The notes below the pieces were generated by a model. It was not told the origin of the DNA. It ran no database searches and worked only from the letters and a program-made list of their open reading frames with translations. DNA of 64,000 bases from Amoebophrya sp. A120 (taxonomy: Eukaryota > Protista > Dinoflagellata): NCBI GenBank assembly GCA_905178155.1, contig CAJINV010000003.1, forward strand, positions 10,346,339 to 10,410,338, written 5' to 3'. Below are positions 25,380-37,644 of this stretch, one piece after another; the first letter of the stretch is position 1; each line of letters opens with the position of its first letter. The position numbers and the translations under genes were made by a program.

Positions 25380-25600
25380 GCTTCCGGGGCTCATTTCAAA
25401 ACCAAGTTCAAAATCCGGTCAAAACCAAATTTCTAATATGGGGAACAAAAGGTTTTGAACGGATTTTGAACGGAAATTGAGCGGAGATTGAAGTTTCGTT
25501 TTGAAATTGGTGGGGAATTTGAATTACGTTTTGAAATTGGCCGAAATTTGAGTCACGTTTTGAAATTGGCCTGGGGGGTGAGTTTCGTTTTGAAGTTGTC
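25380..25600. repeat. TTTTGAAATTGG / TTCAAAA reiterated motif (probable TE subterminal array)
   Basis: Four CGTTTTGAA(A/G)TTG units at ~30-bp spacing, with inverted TTCAAAA copies just upstream. Similar motifs at ~24310-24345 and ~29750-29990. Confidence 0.6.
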
Positions 25601-26922
25601 CCCCCCCTTGAAGAATGTGAATGTCGCTCCGAAATGTCAACCGGGGGCGCAGCCACGCTTCGAGCCTAGGGCCTCGGCCGCTCGATCGCCATTTTGCCCG
25701 GAAAATGCCGCCAAGCAGCCCCCGCAAAAGCGGCGGCAATGGCATTCTAGGGGCGCGGAAGAGCCCGAGTTTGAGTTGATTCATTCTGAGACTCAAACCC
25801 GAGCGTGATTCTCAGACTCGAGCTTGGTTGTCAGACTCGAGGTTGATCCTCAAAGTCAAACTCAAGCTGGCACTTGCATTCTTTTAGGCCAAGGTAGTTA
25901 ATATCTATACACGTATAAGACTACTCATATTTATTATAATTATTTATTTTTAGTGCCTTCGCCCACACAGGTTCAAAATCGACAAAAGCAAAGACGTTGT
26001 TCATTCTGTCTGATCGTAGGAGATCGAGGCACTGTTCGAGGTGGCACTGTTGATTCGTATTGAAACAAAGTTTCCATCGAAGTGCATGAAGTTGAAGTCC
26101 CTAGCTATATGGTGTGGATGCGCATCAGTCTCAATTTGAATTTTTCGTTTGCTCGTCGGAATGAAAGAGATAGATGGAAATGCGCAACAAGATTGACGAA
26201 AACGATCCCGGACATCAACGCATGATACATTTTCTCGAACGACTACGACTCAACGCCCTACATGGTTTCGCGATGTTTTGCTACGATAATTTTTTCCGAG
26301 TCGTGCTAGTACTACTACTGCATTCCCAGAGAGGTACCCCGGGGCACAGTCAGTGTTGGAAAAGCAAGCGAAATATTATTTCGCTTTATCAAATTGGTAT
26401 TGGAACGTGAATAATGGCGAAATGAAACACGATAAACTTAAACATAAAAATGATGGACACAGCGACGCAAATAGAGTTCAGATTGATAGTATTATTTCTA
26501 GAGCCTGAGAGGTACAACTACACAACATTCATATTGTTCAGATACAGATGATTATTGAGACGGAGATCAGCGCGCACTGCGACAATGATTGACTAGCTTC
26601 TCGTACACGCTGAACCTACTGTAGTACCCGTTGTCGCTGTTTATTCTTGGCTTGGTCTACTTCTCCTCCGCAGCAAATCAGAATCAGTTTCAGTTAGACT
26701 CTACAGGATAGCGTAGCAGTAGCTGGAGTGGCTGCAGAAATTGCATTCTATCAAAGGAAAAGGAGTGGAAGAGGAAGTGCCGGATCCGGTCGATTTAGGA
26801 ACAACGTCACACGCGTCAGACCAGTCCTTGGTCTCGTCCCGGCCGGTCCTTGCGCTCGTCCCGATCCCGAACATATTGTGAGGGGCGCCACAAAGTCGGA
26901 AAACGCGGACGCGTAGAAGACG

Positions 26923-29900
26923 ATGGAATTGTTCGACGACGCACCATCGGCCCCGGCGGCGCCAGGTCCTAATTTTGATTTTTTATTTCCTAGAGATAGT
27001 AGTGAAGGTGAAGGTGAACAACACGACCAAAAAGCGGCGAGCCGGTTGCTGTGTGCTGCTTTCAGGGAAGAGCATGAGGACCAGCTTTCGGCGTTTCAGG
27101 GATCAGGGCCACCGCTGTTGCAGTTTCAAGAAGAGTCTTCCTCTTCAGCAATCCACGGAGTTCTGGTTACGAATGAAGCAACGTCGCGCACAGGAGGACG
27201 AGGAAGTACAGCAGGAGGTGGAGATAATCAATATGCATTTCTTCTTGGCGCTGCGACGAACGCGAATGGGAATGCGCACTCAGCAGGTAGAAGTACAACA
27301 ACTGGAGGAACTGCCGCAGGCGCTCTTGATATGCTTGTGGCGAGATCCAGCTCCTCCATTCCTGTTGGAACTACTGGAGCGATGAATTCGGTCGCACAAG
27401 TCGTGAGCACCTGTCCAAACAGTCCTGCAATTAGCACTGTTCCCTGCTCTCTGGCGGGCGCGGGTCCACGCGCTGCTTCTACCTATATTCTCACTTGTGC
27501 GGCTCTGGCGGATCCCCGCTCGGCTTCGACGTCGATTGCCACCGCTGCTACCCAAGCTGAAGCACATCATGATCTACAAATCATCGCACCAACTGGAGCA
27601 GTGGGAGTGGCCAATTCGCCGCGCCATCTGCACCTGTTTCCTGACTCGGAAAACTCCTCGGAGGGGGGTGATTTTGACGCCGACTTTCCTTCATCGCGGA
27701 CGGGAAGCTTATGGAAGCATCAGAAAGTGGAAGATCAATAAGAAAAAATTTGAATGACATTGATTATAATGATTCCTTATGATGCATCACTCGAAGCCGG
27801 CTAACTATAATAGCAGCTTCGTCAAGCCAGACATTTTTAGGCACAAAAAAAACATTTTTCTCTCAGACAATTTCGTCGCCGGGCAGCAGTCTTGCATGCT
27901 GCTCAATAGCGAGACAGGTGTGTGAAGTTCTCCCGTGACGCTCTACTCTAACAAAGATGCATTTCGTCTTCGATAAAATGTGTCTCCTTAGCAAGAGCAA
28001 CGCAAGATCTTCGGCTTCATTTTTTGCGTCCCGTGCAAGTGCAGCTTTGTTTTTTTGCCCCCGTGAAAAACAAAAACCATTTCCACATTCTTGACGACTT
28101 CCCCTCCTGGCGCTTCCATAAAACACTTTGAGCAGTCGTGAACCAACGCTAAGCACCCAGGTTGATGAAGATCGGATTTCGATTCGGACCCAGGAGCTGA
28201 ACCCGCTAGCATCGGTGGAGGACGTCGAAGAGGTCACAATATCAATAAAGCCTGGGGGCAGCGCTGCCGAAACTGCAACTCCGAACGACTGCGCGAATCT
28301 TATCAGGTTCTCAAGCGTTACGGTAAGTCACATTGGTTGCTGTTACATGGCAACACATATGATACCAACATTCTTAAGTGCTATTATTGGCTCATATAGC
28401 AAAAGTGTAAGGGGTAGGGGGAGCGTGCGCGTCTTGGGTGATCAAATTTGACAATTGGGATGCTACTTTAGTTCGCGGAAGGCCTGTCATGCGAACAAGT
28501 AGATTAATATTTACAACATATACATTGCTTGACTTCCGGGTTTATCCTGTGCAAAAGTATCGTACTCGTATAGATCCGCTACTGGCATGCCAATAACCTC
28601 TCACCCCCGACCTCCCACCAACTTCCCATCAACTTCTGCCCAACCTTTCCACCAACTTCCCAGCTGTTGAGAAGTTGGCGTGGACCCTTTGCCGCGGTTG
28701 TTGGGAAGCTTGATGCGGAGTTGAAATCCACAGCAAGCTGCCCACAAGCTTCCGGCTAGAACGTCTCAAAAGGAATATCGCGGGCCTCGATTCGTGGCCG
28801 CGTGCGCAGTCACGAATCAGCGAGCTCCCGCGATGATCCTACTGCGGCTGCTAAGCCTGTGGCAGATAGCTTGGAAATCTCTTGCAGCTGGAGACTTGCG
28901 AGGTCCTGCACAAAAGACGCACACCTACGCCGAACACCCCGACGCATTTCGCGGCAAGCTTTGAGCTTTTGGAGGCGTCATGCAATATTGGAATTGCGCG
29001 GCGCCTCCAAATTAACGCCGGGCCGTCCGTTACCAAAAACGCCCCCAAAACAAATATAAACCGAATGCAAAACGCCAGCGCTTTTGACTTCTTGGGCCGC
29101 TTAGAATCTTTGTCGCAAGAACCAACGTGGCGGGCAATAGCACGGCTTCCGTGCCCACTTCATGGCGGGGCTCGGGTGCGCCAGTGTGGTGGGTCGCGTG
29201 TCTGAGGGGCGCAAGACAACTCGGCTGCAGTTTCATTGTCGCCGGCCAGTTAGATATGACGCGGACCCTAGCAAAGTGGTACGGTGGACGGAACAAGAGG
29301 CGGGCGGCTTCAAAGGGTCGAACGAGCCCGTTGCGCTCGCTTTGGACGCACTGTGTGGACGCTGCCCGATGTGCCGCCCTGCGCCGTCGGCCAGACGCTC
29401 CAGTGGAGCCGTCAGAGATGCGACGCCTGCGGCGCCACCTGGGGCGCGGGCTGATGACAGGAGGAAAATGCGCGCGCGCAGTATTATTGCCCGAGCTACT
29501 CCCGGCGCGGTTTCTTTATAAGCCGGCGGAAAATAGCGCCCCGCGATTCGACGCGGTGTGATGCTCTGTGGTCCGGGTTGCAGAGAGCCGGCCCGTTCGT
29601 GGGCCGGCCCTCGGAGCAGAGCAAGCGCTTTCCTGTTCCTTCTCAGGACAGGGCAGCTGGGTCCAGCTCTTCACCGGAGGTGCAACGCAAGGCCGACGCG
29701 TTGACCTGCGGCATGAGGCGGCCCCCGCATTCAGTTTCAGACTGAGCCCGCGAATTCAAAGCGAGTCCGCGAATTCAAACGGAGTCCGCGAATTCAAACT
29801 GAATTCGAGGGCGCCTCTTCAATTTCAAACCAAGTCCGTTGCTTCGTGGAGCGGCCGCACCAATTTCGAACGGAATCCGAATTCCATCCGAACCCCATCC

Positions 29901-32900
29901 GATTTCCATCCGAATCCCATTTCCCTAATAAGCAATTGGACTCGGATGAAAAAAGGATGGAACTCGGATTCCGTTTGAAATTGGGCGGATCAATTTGGGG
30001 CCCAATGCGAGACCTTCTTCTGCGTTAGGGCAGAGTCGCTGGGCTAGGTTGTAGATTTTTGGCGCGCGCTGCCGCGCGCGCCACAGTCTGGGTGTTTTTC
30101 AATGCCCTTTCCTTTCACTCTGTGTTGCCCCGTGGTTGGTGTGGCGAGTTGTGTGCTCTTGGGGTTGTGTTGCAGCCTCTGAGCAGCAGGGCCGGCTGTC
30201 GCAGGTGACGCCGAGTCTTGTCATGCAGCCCTTCTGCTTTGGTTGAATCTGCGTCACCTGCGCTTCTGCCTCTTGACCGCTTCACCCATAAAGGCGCTGC
30301 TCATGGACAATTGCCGGTGGGGAGCCGGCTTCTCGCATGGAGCGCTTCTGCTCAGATTGCCAGGCTGGGCCGTGAAGCACGTGGGTGCTGCAACTGTACT
30401 GAGGCCAGAGCTGGGGCTTCCTTCGTTCGTTCGAAAGCTTTTGGCGCATGCGGATTACCAACCCGAGCCAGCTCTTTCGTGGTGGTGTTGCATCCTGAGC
30501 AGGTTTGTTCCATGTTCTATCTTCCCTTTCCGCCTATACCGCAAATCCTTGCCGCGCTGTGCGTCCTTGCTCACTCCGTACAGAGTGTCGCGCGCCTGAC
30601 AGATTAATCTTCCTGCCGTGCCTGTGGTGGCATCCGGGGCCATGAGCCCAGTGCGCGACTGCGAGGGTTCTCTGCGCTTCTGGGTGAGGGTCTCGACCTA
30701 CATGCCATGCCCGAAGCGTCTCAGCATGCTTCCCCAATTCTCTTTGTTTGAAAGCTGCTGCGTTTTGAATTGCGTGCGAGTTCGGTTTGAAATCGAATCA
30801 CACGACGGCACGCCCAGAGCTAACCTCCAAAAGCCCAAAGCTTGCCGCAAAATGCGCCGGGATGTTCGTCGCGAAGTGCGTAGAGAAGCCGCTGGGCAGT
30901 GAGTTGGTAAGCTAGGCAATAAATAGCGTAGGGCGCGCGCAGAGTTGCGGCGTTTTTGTAACAGAAACAAAACGCAGCGAGTTACTAAGTGGCGCCATTC
31001 AGTTGATTGCTATAATTCGCTACGAACTGACGCGGGAAAGTGGCCCGAGTTCAAAGCTTGCGCGCCGAAGCGGCGCGCAGCTCCACATCGCCGAGGGCCG
31101 CTATCCTCCGCTTCCGTCTTTGATGGCTGCACGCAGGACAGATCGTGCGCGCAGACATCGCGGCGGAGTGACGCGGCGCGTCGCTTGATCGAGGCGAGAA
31201 CGACGGCAGCACCTCGCGCCACTTCTCACCGACTTTCTTCCGTACCATCTTCGCGACCAACTTCGCGGCCGATTTTTCCCCAGCTTTTCCGTCAGTTTAT
31301 GCCGGGGGATTGTAGCGGATTTATACGAGTGCGATACTTTTGCACAGGATAGGGCTCGGGTACGGCATACCTCCGGCGGCAGGTGCCCTCGACAGATGAC
31401 CTCGGCGCGTGACCTCGGCCGGTGGCCTGGTCAGGTTGCCCGTTCATGTCGCTGCCTGCTGACGTGACATGCAAACTTGTGCGACACTACAGAAAACGAA
31501 AAAGCTAAAAGCGCAAAACAAAGAAACTGCGACGCAGAAAATGAAAAAGATAAAAACGCAAAGGCACAAACTGCCCCGACACAGAAAGAAGTGCTTGCGT
31601 TGCAGTGTAAAAAAAAGCAGCAAAGTGCTTATCTCTGCAATGCACGCCCAGGGGGCGGCTGCTTGATTCGCCTGCGGAATCGGGAACGCGTTGCGCTTCA
31701 GTATTATAGGACTCCTCTGCAGCACCAGCAGCCGGGCAGAGACGCTCCCCCCCTTTGCTTCGATTTCTGTTTTGTGTTGCAAATTGCAGGGCACCTAGTT
31801 CGTGATCCTTTCGCCCATAGCGCTCCGCGCACTATTAAGCCACTAGCACTATGCGCGCGCCTCGTGTGCGGCGAGGGGCGGACGCTGTCCGCCCCGATGC
31901 CGAACACCCTGCCCCCACTAGCGTTTCGCGCACTAAGGCACTCGGCGCGCGCCTGGTGTGGGGCGCAGGGCGGACGCGTCCGCCCCGATGCCGAACAGCC
32001 TTCCCCCAGCCACAACTAGCGTTTCGCGCGCTATCAATCTAAGCCACTAGGCGCGCGCGTGGTGTGAGGCGAGGGGCGGACGCTGTCCGCCCCGATGCCG
32101 AACACCCTTCCCCCGCTAGAGTTTCGCGCACTAAGCCACTACGCGCGCGCCTGGTGTGGTGCGAGGGGCGGGCAACCCGATGCCGAACACCCTGCCCCCA
32201 GTAGCGTTTCGCGCACTAAGCCACTATGCGCGCGCCTGGTGCGTGTGAGGCGAGGGGCGGACGCTGTCCGCCCCGATGCGGAACACCCTTCCCCCACTAG
32301 CGCGACTAGGGACGGGCACAAAGCCCCAGCGTGGGTCTTGTTTTACATGTTTAGTGTGATAGAGATACTGATTGACTCTGCGTGACACGTCATATAACAG
32401 CAACGGCAACCAATCCAACCGCAACGTTGAGGATGCCATAGATCATGTTCGCTCTTCTTCTTGTGCGGACAAGCACAAGCAGCTGGCCTCGTCAGAGCCG
32501 CTGGGCTGCGACATGAGGTCGATTCGCTTGCTATGCATTGCATATTACTAATAGATCTAGGTCTGAGACCTTGTTGCGAGCTCGAATTTATTTTTGTGAC
32601 TGATAGCATGAGCATTACAAGTTTAGCATTTGCCTCGACGCCTAAGTCCAACTAAGTACTGCCAAGCATGAGCATTACAAGTTTCATCTCAAGTAGTGCT
32701 TGCTTGCACGTTGTACTCAGTTCGCAAGAGCATGAGAAAAGAAATCGCGCTTCGTCTGCTGTTACCAGCGATACCGAGGAATGCCAGACGAGTCAGATAA
32801 GTCGCACGTTTTCAGACCCGGGCACTCATGTTTGTAGTTGATACATACGTTCCCAGGACCACATTCTTCATCTCGGGGCCACCTGCTCCACCACCCCGGG

Positions 32901-35900
32901 AGGGATCGGCTCTGAGCAGTTGCGCGATTTTTTGTCTGGCACGCCGTCGCCAAATTTTTCAGATCGGGAGCGCGAGACGCTCTCACCGGATTGCGGCTTC
33001 CCGCGTAGCATGGAGAAAAAGCTCGGCAAGGAATGTGAGGACAAGATGTAGGAAAGAGGGACCAAACTGCACTAGCAGGTATCGTAGCGGTGCACGGGCG
33101 GGAGTCCGTCTCATGATTCGGCGCGCGTGCAGTTTGTTTGCTTTCCCGGGACCTGTGCAGAACATGAGCAAGCAGAGTTTCTTGTGGTTATGTGATTCAT
33201 TGCCCTGATGAAAGAATCTTTCACCCGGGCAATAAAGCACATACTAACTCATGATACCGCTTTAGTAAAGCAGAAATCTAGTTGTAGAAGAAGATGATGA
33301 AGATCTAGGACTAGTACTTAGTCGATTGTGTGATCAAAATTTCGGCACTATCTGAGTCGTCATCAAAATTTTGTTCGCCTAGAATGATATTGATAGTCAC
33401 CATAGAGAACATGATCGTAACGTGTGCCGCTTTGTCCTTTGCCCAATTTCCTACGTTGTCCTTCTCCATACTAGCAAAGAAACGGCCCTGGAAATCGTGG
33501 TGGAGTCGTGTGTATCAGGTGCAATTTATCATGTCTGGGTCTCGACGTTCTGGGCGAAGAACGCACCGATGCATCCATCTCGGGTGTAGCCCATCCAAGT
33601 CAACATCTGGAATGCGTGCTCTGCTGGCATCGCAAGTTTTGTGAGGACTTGTATACGCCGAGCCAGGGTAGAAGTGTGAAATTGACCACAGAAGACTTTT
33701 TATTTTTTGCGTCCCCTGACGCTGCGCGAAGGGTATGTACCACAAGTGGTTTGCATTGCAGTTCCTGACCGCCCATAGGCCTTATGATTTGCGATGTATA
33801 CTGTCCGTTCTCCGGCGTCGTGAAAGCCGCCGCGGCAGGGGCTTTGCCGAGAAAATACACCAAAACAAGCCAAGGAAACACTAGCAAGCCCGCGGCGTTT
33901 CAGCACCGGCCGGAGCTGGTGCGGACCGGGGAAACTGATGATCTGTCAAACAACGATCCAAATGCTTACTCGTATAAAAAGTCGCAAGAAATGGAGAAAA
34001 GTATACTGAGGTTTCCCGAAGCTGCGGCCTCCAATGCGAATGGTAAAAACATCACGTTGAGTTGTACTGCTCAGGACGTCTTCTACGCAACTAGAGATCA
34101 GGAACGTTTCCATGGATCAAAATTTACAGTTGATCCGCTGTCTTTCATATGCACAGCAAAACCAGAAGTATTGTACTCGTAGTAATCGGAATATTTTTGC
34201 GTGACTTCGGTAATATAGCATGACAAATTCTGTATTCCACTTGCCATGCTGAGTGTATTTCTAAATGCAATTACTACCAGTGCGATAGGATGCTTTTGCG
34301 ATCCATATTTCATGGCTCCGAGCGGCACCACCCCGTCGGCAACCCCAACAGGTGGTTCAAACACAACGCCGAAAGCCGCAGACGCATTTGCCGCAATCCC
34401 AGCAAGCGCAACACCAGTTGCAGGGGCTGAAGATCCATTCGTACTTCTACTTGATATTCAGTCCTCTTGTTTACTTGTTGTGTGACTATATGTATATTCA
34501 TTTTGCATTGAGGATTCTGAAAAGCAGGGGCGCACGACGATTTGGCGCCCGCGTGGTGCAACAATCGCGAAGGGCGGTTTCGATAGTAGCAATAAGACAG
34601 AAAGACAAAGAAAAGGGAAACCAAATAAGAATAAACACTAGGCGGCTGCGGATCCGGGGAAAACAGCACTGAAAGAGTGGGAGGCTGACCAAGACGCGAA
34701 AAACCAAAAGAAGGCACAGCAGGAATTGGAGACAAAAAAGAAAAGACGGGAGGAGGCAAAAGCAGACCTGGCCAAGTGGTACGCAGATAGGAAGACCGCC
34801 TTAGAGGTATCATATTTTTATTCTATTTGTATGCGAATGCGTGTGCTTGTCGCGTGAGTCTGAGTGTTGCTCGTTGGTTGCATGCAGTGAGGTGGTCACG
34901 AAAGCGCTTCCAATCTGGTGGCTCTCTGGCAAGAACATGGCGCCAGCAAAAAGCCCGTTTTTTTTTTTGAAGCGACCGAAAGTGTTTTTTTGCGAATAAG
35001 TCAGGAACAGGACCCTTAGATCCATTTGATTACTCTATCGGGGTCCTCTGCATCGAGTCGTCCGAAGAGTAGGGTACGGCTTTTCGCTTCCGCTTGACAA
35101 AAAGATGCACGGGAGCCGACAAGAAGAAAAGTGCGGCCCCTCATCTGAGGCGCATACTGCGGCCGTAGATTCGTGCAGTCTTAGGCGCTCACGAAGGGAC
35201 ACCAAAAGAGCGTGAGTGTCATTTTTGTCTGCATAGGAAAGGAAAGGTCAGATGAAACGTTGCCGCAAACGTCAACCGGTTGCCATGCAGGGAGCAAGCA
35301 AAGCCGAAAGATTCAAAAGCTGGCGTTTTTTATTGACAAAAATATGAAAAAGAAAAACAAAAAGGCAAAAGCCAGCTAAGCCTGATGAAAGTCTATCCGC
35401 ATGCTATGCGGCTGATGGCGACGCCCACTGATCCACCCCTGGTAGCGGAGGCCCAGGCGGAGTCATCGTGGGAGGGTGTGTAACTAGCACTACTAAGTTT
35501 TTCGTCGAACAGGCTGAAGTTGCTCACGATCTTCATCAGCCGCGACACCCTCGCGGATTCAATTAGGCGCGAGGTTGTGGCGCCACAGAGCGCAGGAAAG
35601 TTGTGCGCTGTTTTTGCGAAGCAAGCGCGAGTCCAAGTTTAGCGCAAGAAAAAAGCACCGAGCCCACCACCTCTACCTCCGTTTCGGCGACTCTTATGAG
35701 GGAAGTCGAAGTTCTCTGTAGTAGTCTCGCTCCTTTCGCAGAACTTAGGACCTCCGCAAATTTATATTTTCTTCCGTAAACGTATGGGTATGTCATGGCC
35801 GCAAGAATTGCAATGGCTCATGATGTGGCTGCTGATAGTCATGTGCCGCTAAGACTTCCAGCTCTTTATATATTTGATCTAGCTGCTAGAATTGTAGTTT

Positions 35901-36399
35901 TCATTTTGAGACAAGAATCAGCAATGTAGTACGAAACAGGATTAATCGACAACGATACCCGATATTCTTTTCTGTCTTCTTCTAAAAGTGCAGCGATCTC
36001 GAAAATTACAGAAAAAGAAAGCCGCGAACCGACACGAGGAAAAGGAGTGGCTTGCAATCCAGAACGCAAGCGGCGCGGGCAAAAATCCGTGGGAGCGTGT
36101 TCTTAGCATGATCAGCGACAATGCAGCGGCGACCAAAGCGGGTAGGTTATTTAACAAGATTTGATAAATATGAAGCGCACTATATATAGAAATAGAATTA
36201 TAAATGTATTTTTTTTTTTCCTGCGCCTGCGGGATGAAACTACACACAGAAAAATGCCTCCCGGAGAGGATTTTTGCCACAATAAAGCCATGATATTAAA
36301 AACATTAACATCGCAGACTCCGCTGTGCCGCCATTACAAGACACCTCACGATTCAAGCAGGTGCTGATTCAATTGAAATCGAATCCCGTACCGAACTAA
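26923..36399 (+). CDS. CLC: Clathrin light chain (5 exons)
   Basis: MELFDDAPSAPAAP | ..AADAFAAIPASATPVAGAEDPF | AAADPGKTALKEWEADQ..RREEAKADLAKWYADRKTALE | KKKAANRHEEKEW..NPWERVLSMI | ..DTSRFKQVLIQLKSNPVPN*, showing the hallmark CLC WE...W, WERV and D.SR...L..LK motifs. GT-AG introns 26966-(34288/34351/34375), 34441-34641, 34807-36011, 36142-36316. Confidence 0.9.
28543..31351. mobile_element. 2809-bp family-B TIR element nested in CLC intron 1
   Basis: 40-bp TIR TATCCTGTGCAAAAGTATCGYACTCGTATARATCCGCTAC at both ends, flanks GGGTT/GGGCT, subterminal CCAACTTC repeats. No recognisable transposase ORF. Confidence 0.9.
31830..32308 (+). repeat. Tandem array, about 5 copies of an ~85-107-bp GC-rich unit
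   Basis: Recurring CTAAGCCACTA..GCGCGCGCCTGGTG..GGCGAGGGGCGGACGCTGTCCGCCCCGATGCCGAACACCCT..CCCCACTAGCGTTTCGCGCA. Confidence 0.85.
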
Positions 36400-37644
36400 G
36401 TCAGTGGACAATCCGGGTCCGGGGCACATGTTTGCATCGGAAAAAAAAAGCAGATTTTTATTTTTTTTCGATGCGGTTCTGAACAGTATCGGAGAACGTA
36501 CAGTAAAAAACGACGGCGCTTTGTAATGCTGGACGTGATTGTAAAAAAAGTAAAAATAACAGCAAGCCCCGACCTTGGAATAAATACCTTTGATGTAGTA
36601 GTTTGTTAGGTTGCAGTTGCACCTTTTTACCTATTTTTTTAAACGCCTAACTTCTCAAATTTTGTTGAAATGCATTTTGGCAGACCTGGCTCGCACAAAA
36701 TCATAATCAAGGGAGAAGTATCATCATCACGATCGAGCCACAGATGATAAACAGGACCGCTGTGCTGCTGGTGCTTGGCGGAATTTTTTTTGGAATTGAT
36801 AGCGACATGGGAATCATATACTATAAAGCCAAGCGACGCAGAAGTCGCAGCATCACGAGGATGGAGGTAAAAGAGTTAGTTTGAGGGCATTTCGGAGACC
36901 ATACTATTACTAATCCTCTTTAAAAAAGGAGACATGGAGAGCCCTACGCTTGATGGTCAACAAGCCTCGTTGCAATGAAGATAAACGCGCGGCCGATGTT
37001 CTTCGATGAACTTCGTCCTCTGCTAAGGGATTGCGCAGTTGATCATCTTCAATAGCTTAGCATTAGCATGGCTCATATTAGGGGAAGGGGGCATGGCTCA
37101 GGTATGATCGCCATCAGTGACGGAGGGTCGATTGGTTCTCTTCACTTGCCAGGTTGTTGAGTGGGAGAAGAATGTGAATGGGCGAATAATTTCCATTTCA
37201 TTGAGAGCTTCGTGACCTTTCGCAGCATAGCAAAGTAGACAGGAGTCCCAACCTACTGAGAAGCAGTGTGGTCTTGTCCTCAGCCTCACATTGCTGCAGT
37301 GATTCTATCTCCGAGGTACTGATTTAGACTTTGTATGCATTGATCGGCATCGGTCTGATAGAAAAAGAAAAAATAAAGCTGTTGTCGGATCATGCAGCCT
37401 TTTGCCAGGAAGTAGTATTTTTGTTGCGTGGATAATTGATGATCCTCGATTGGCGATACAAGATATACAAAATGCGTGTTCTAGTGGAGGACGCCAGCCA
37501 CGCATAATTCCTCTGCGTTGCGGTCACCTCGAAAAGCATTTGGAGGATTACCGCGCGCTTGTTCGCTGGCGTTTCTCAGCTTTATCCTCCTGAACAAGCA
37601 GAAGTACTACACGAGGTCGGCACTCTGGCTGGTGAGTTAGAAAC

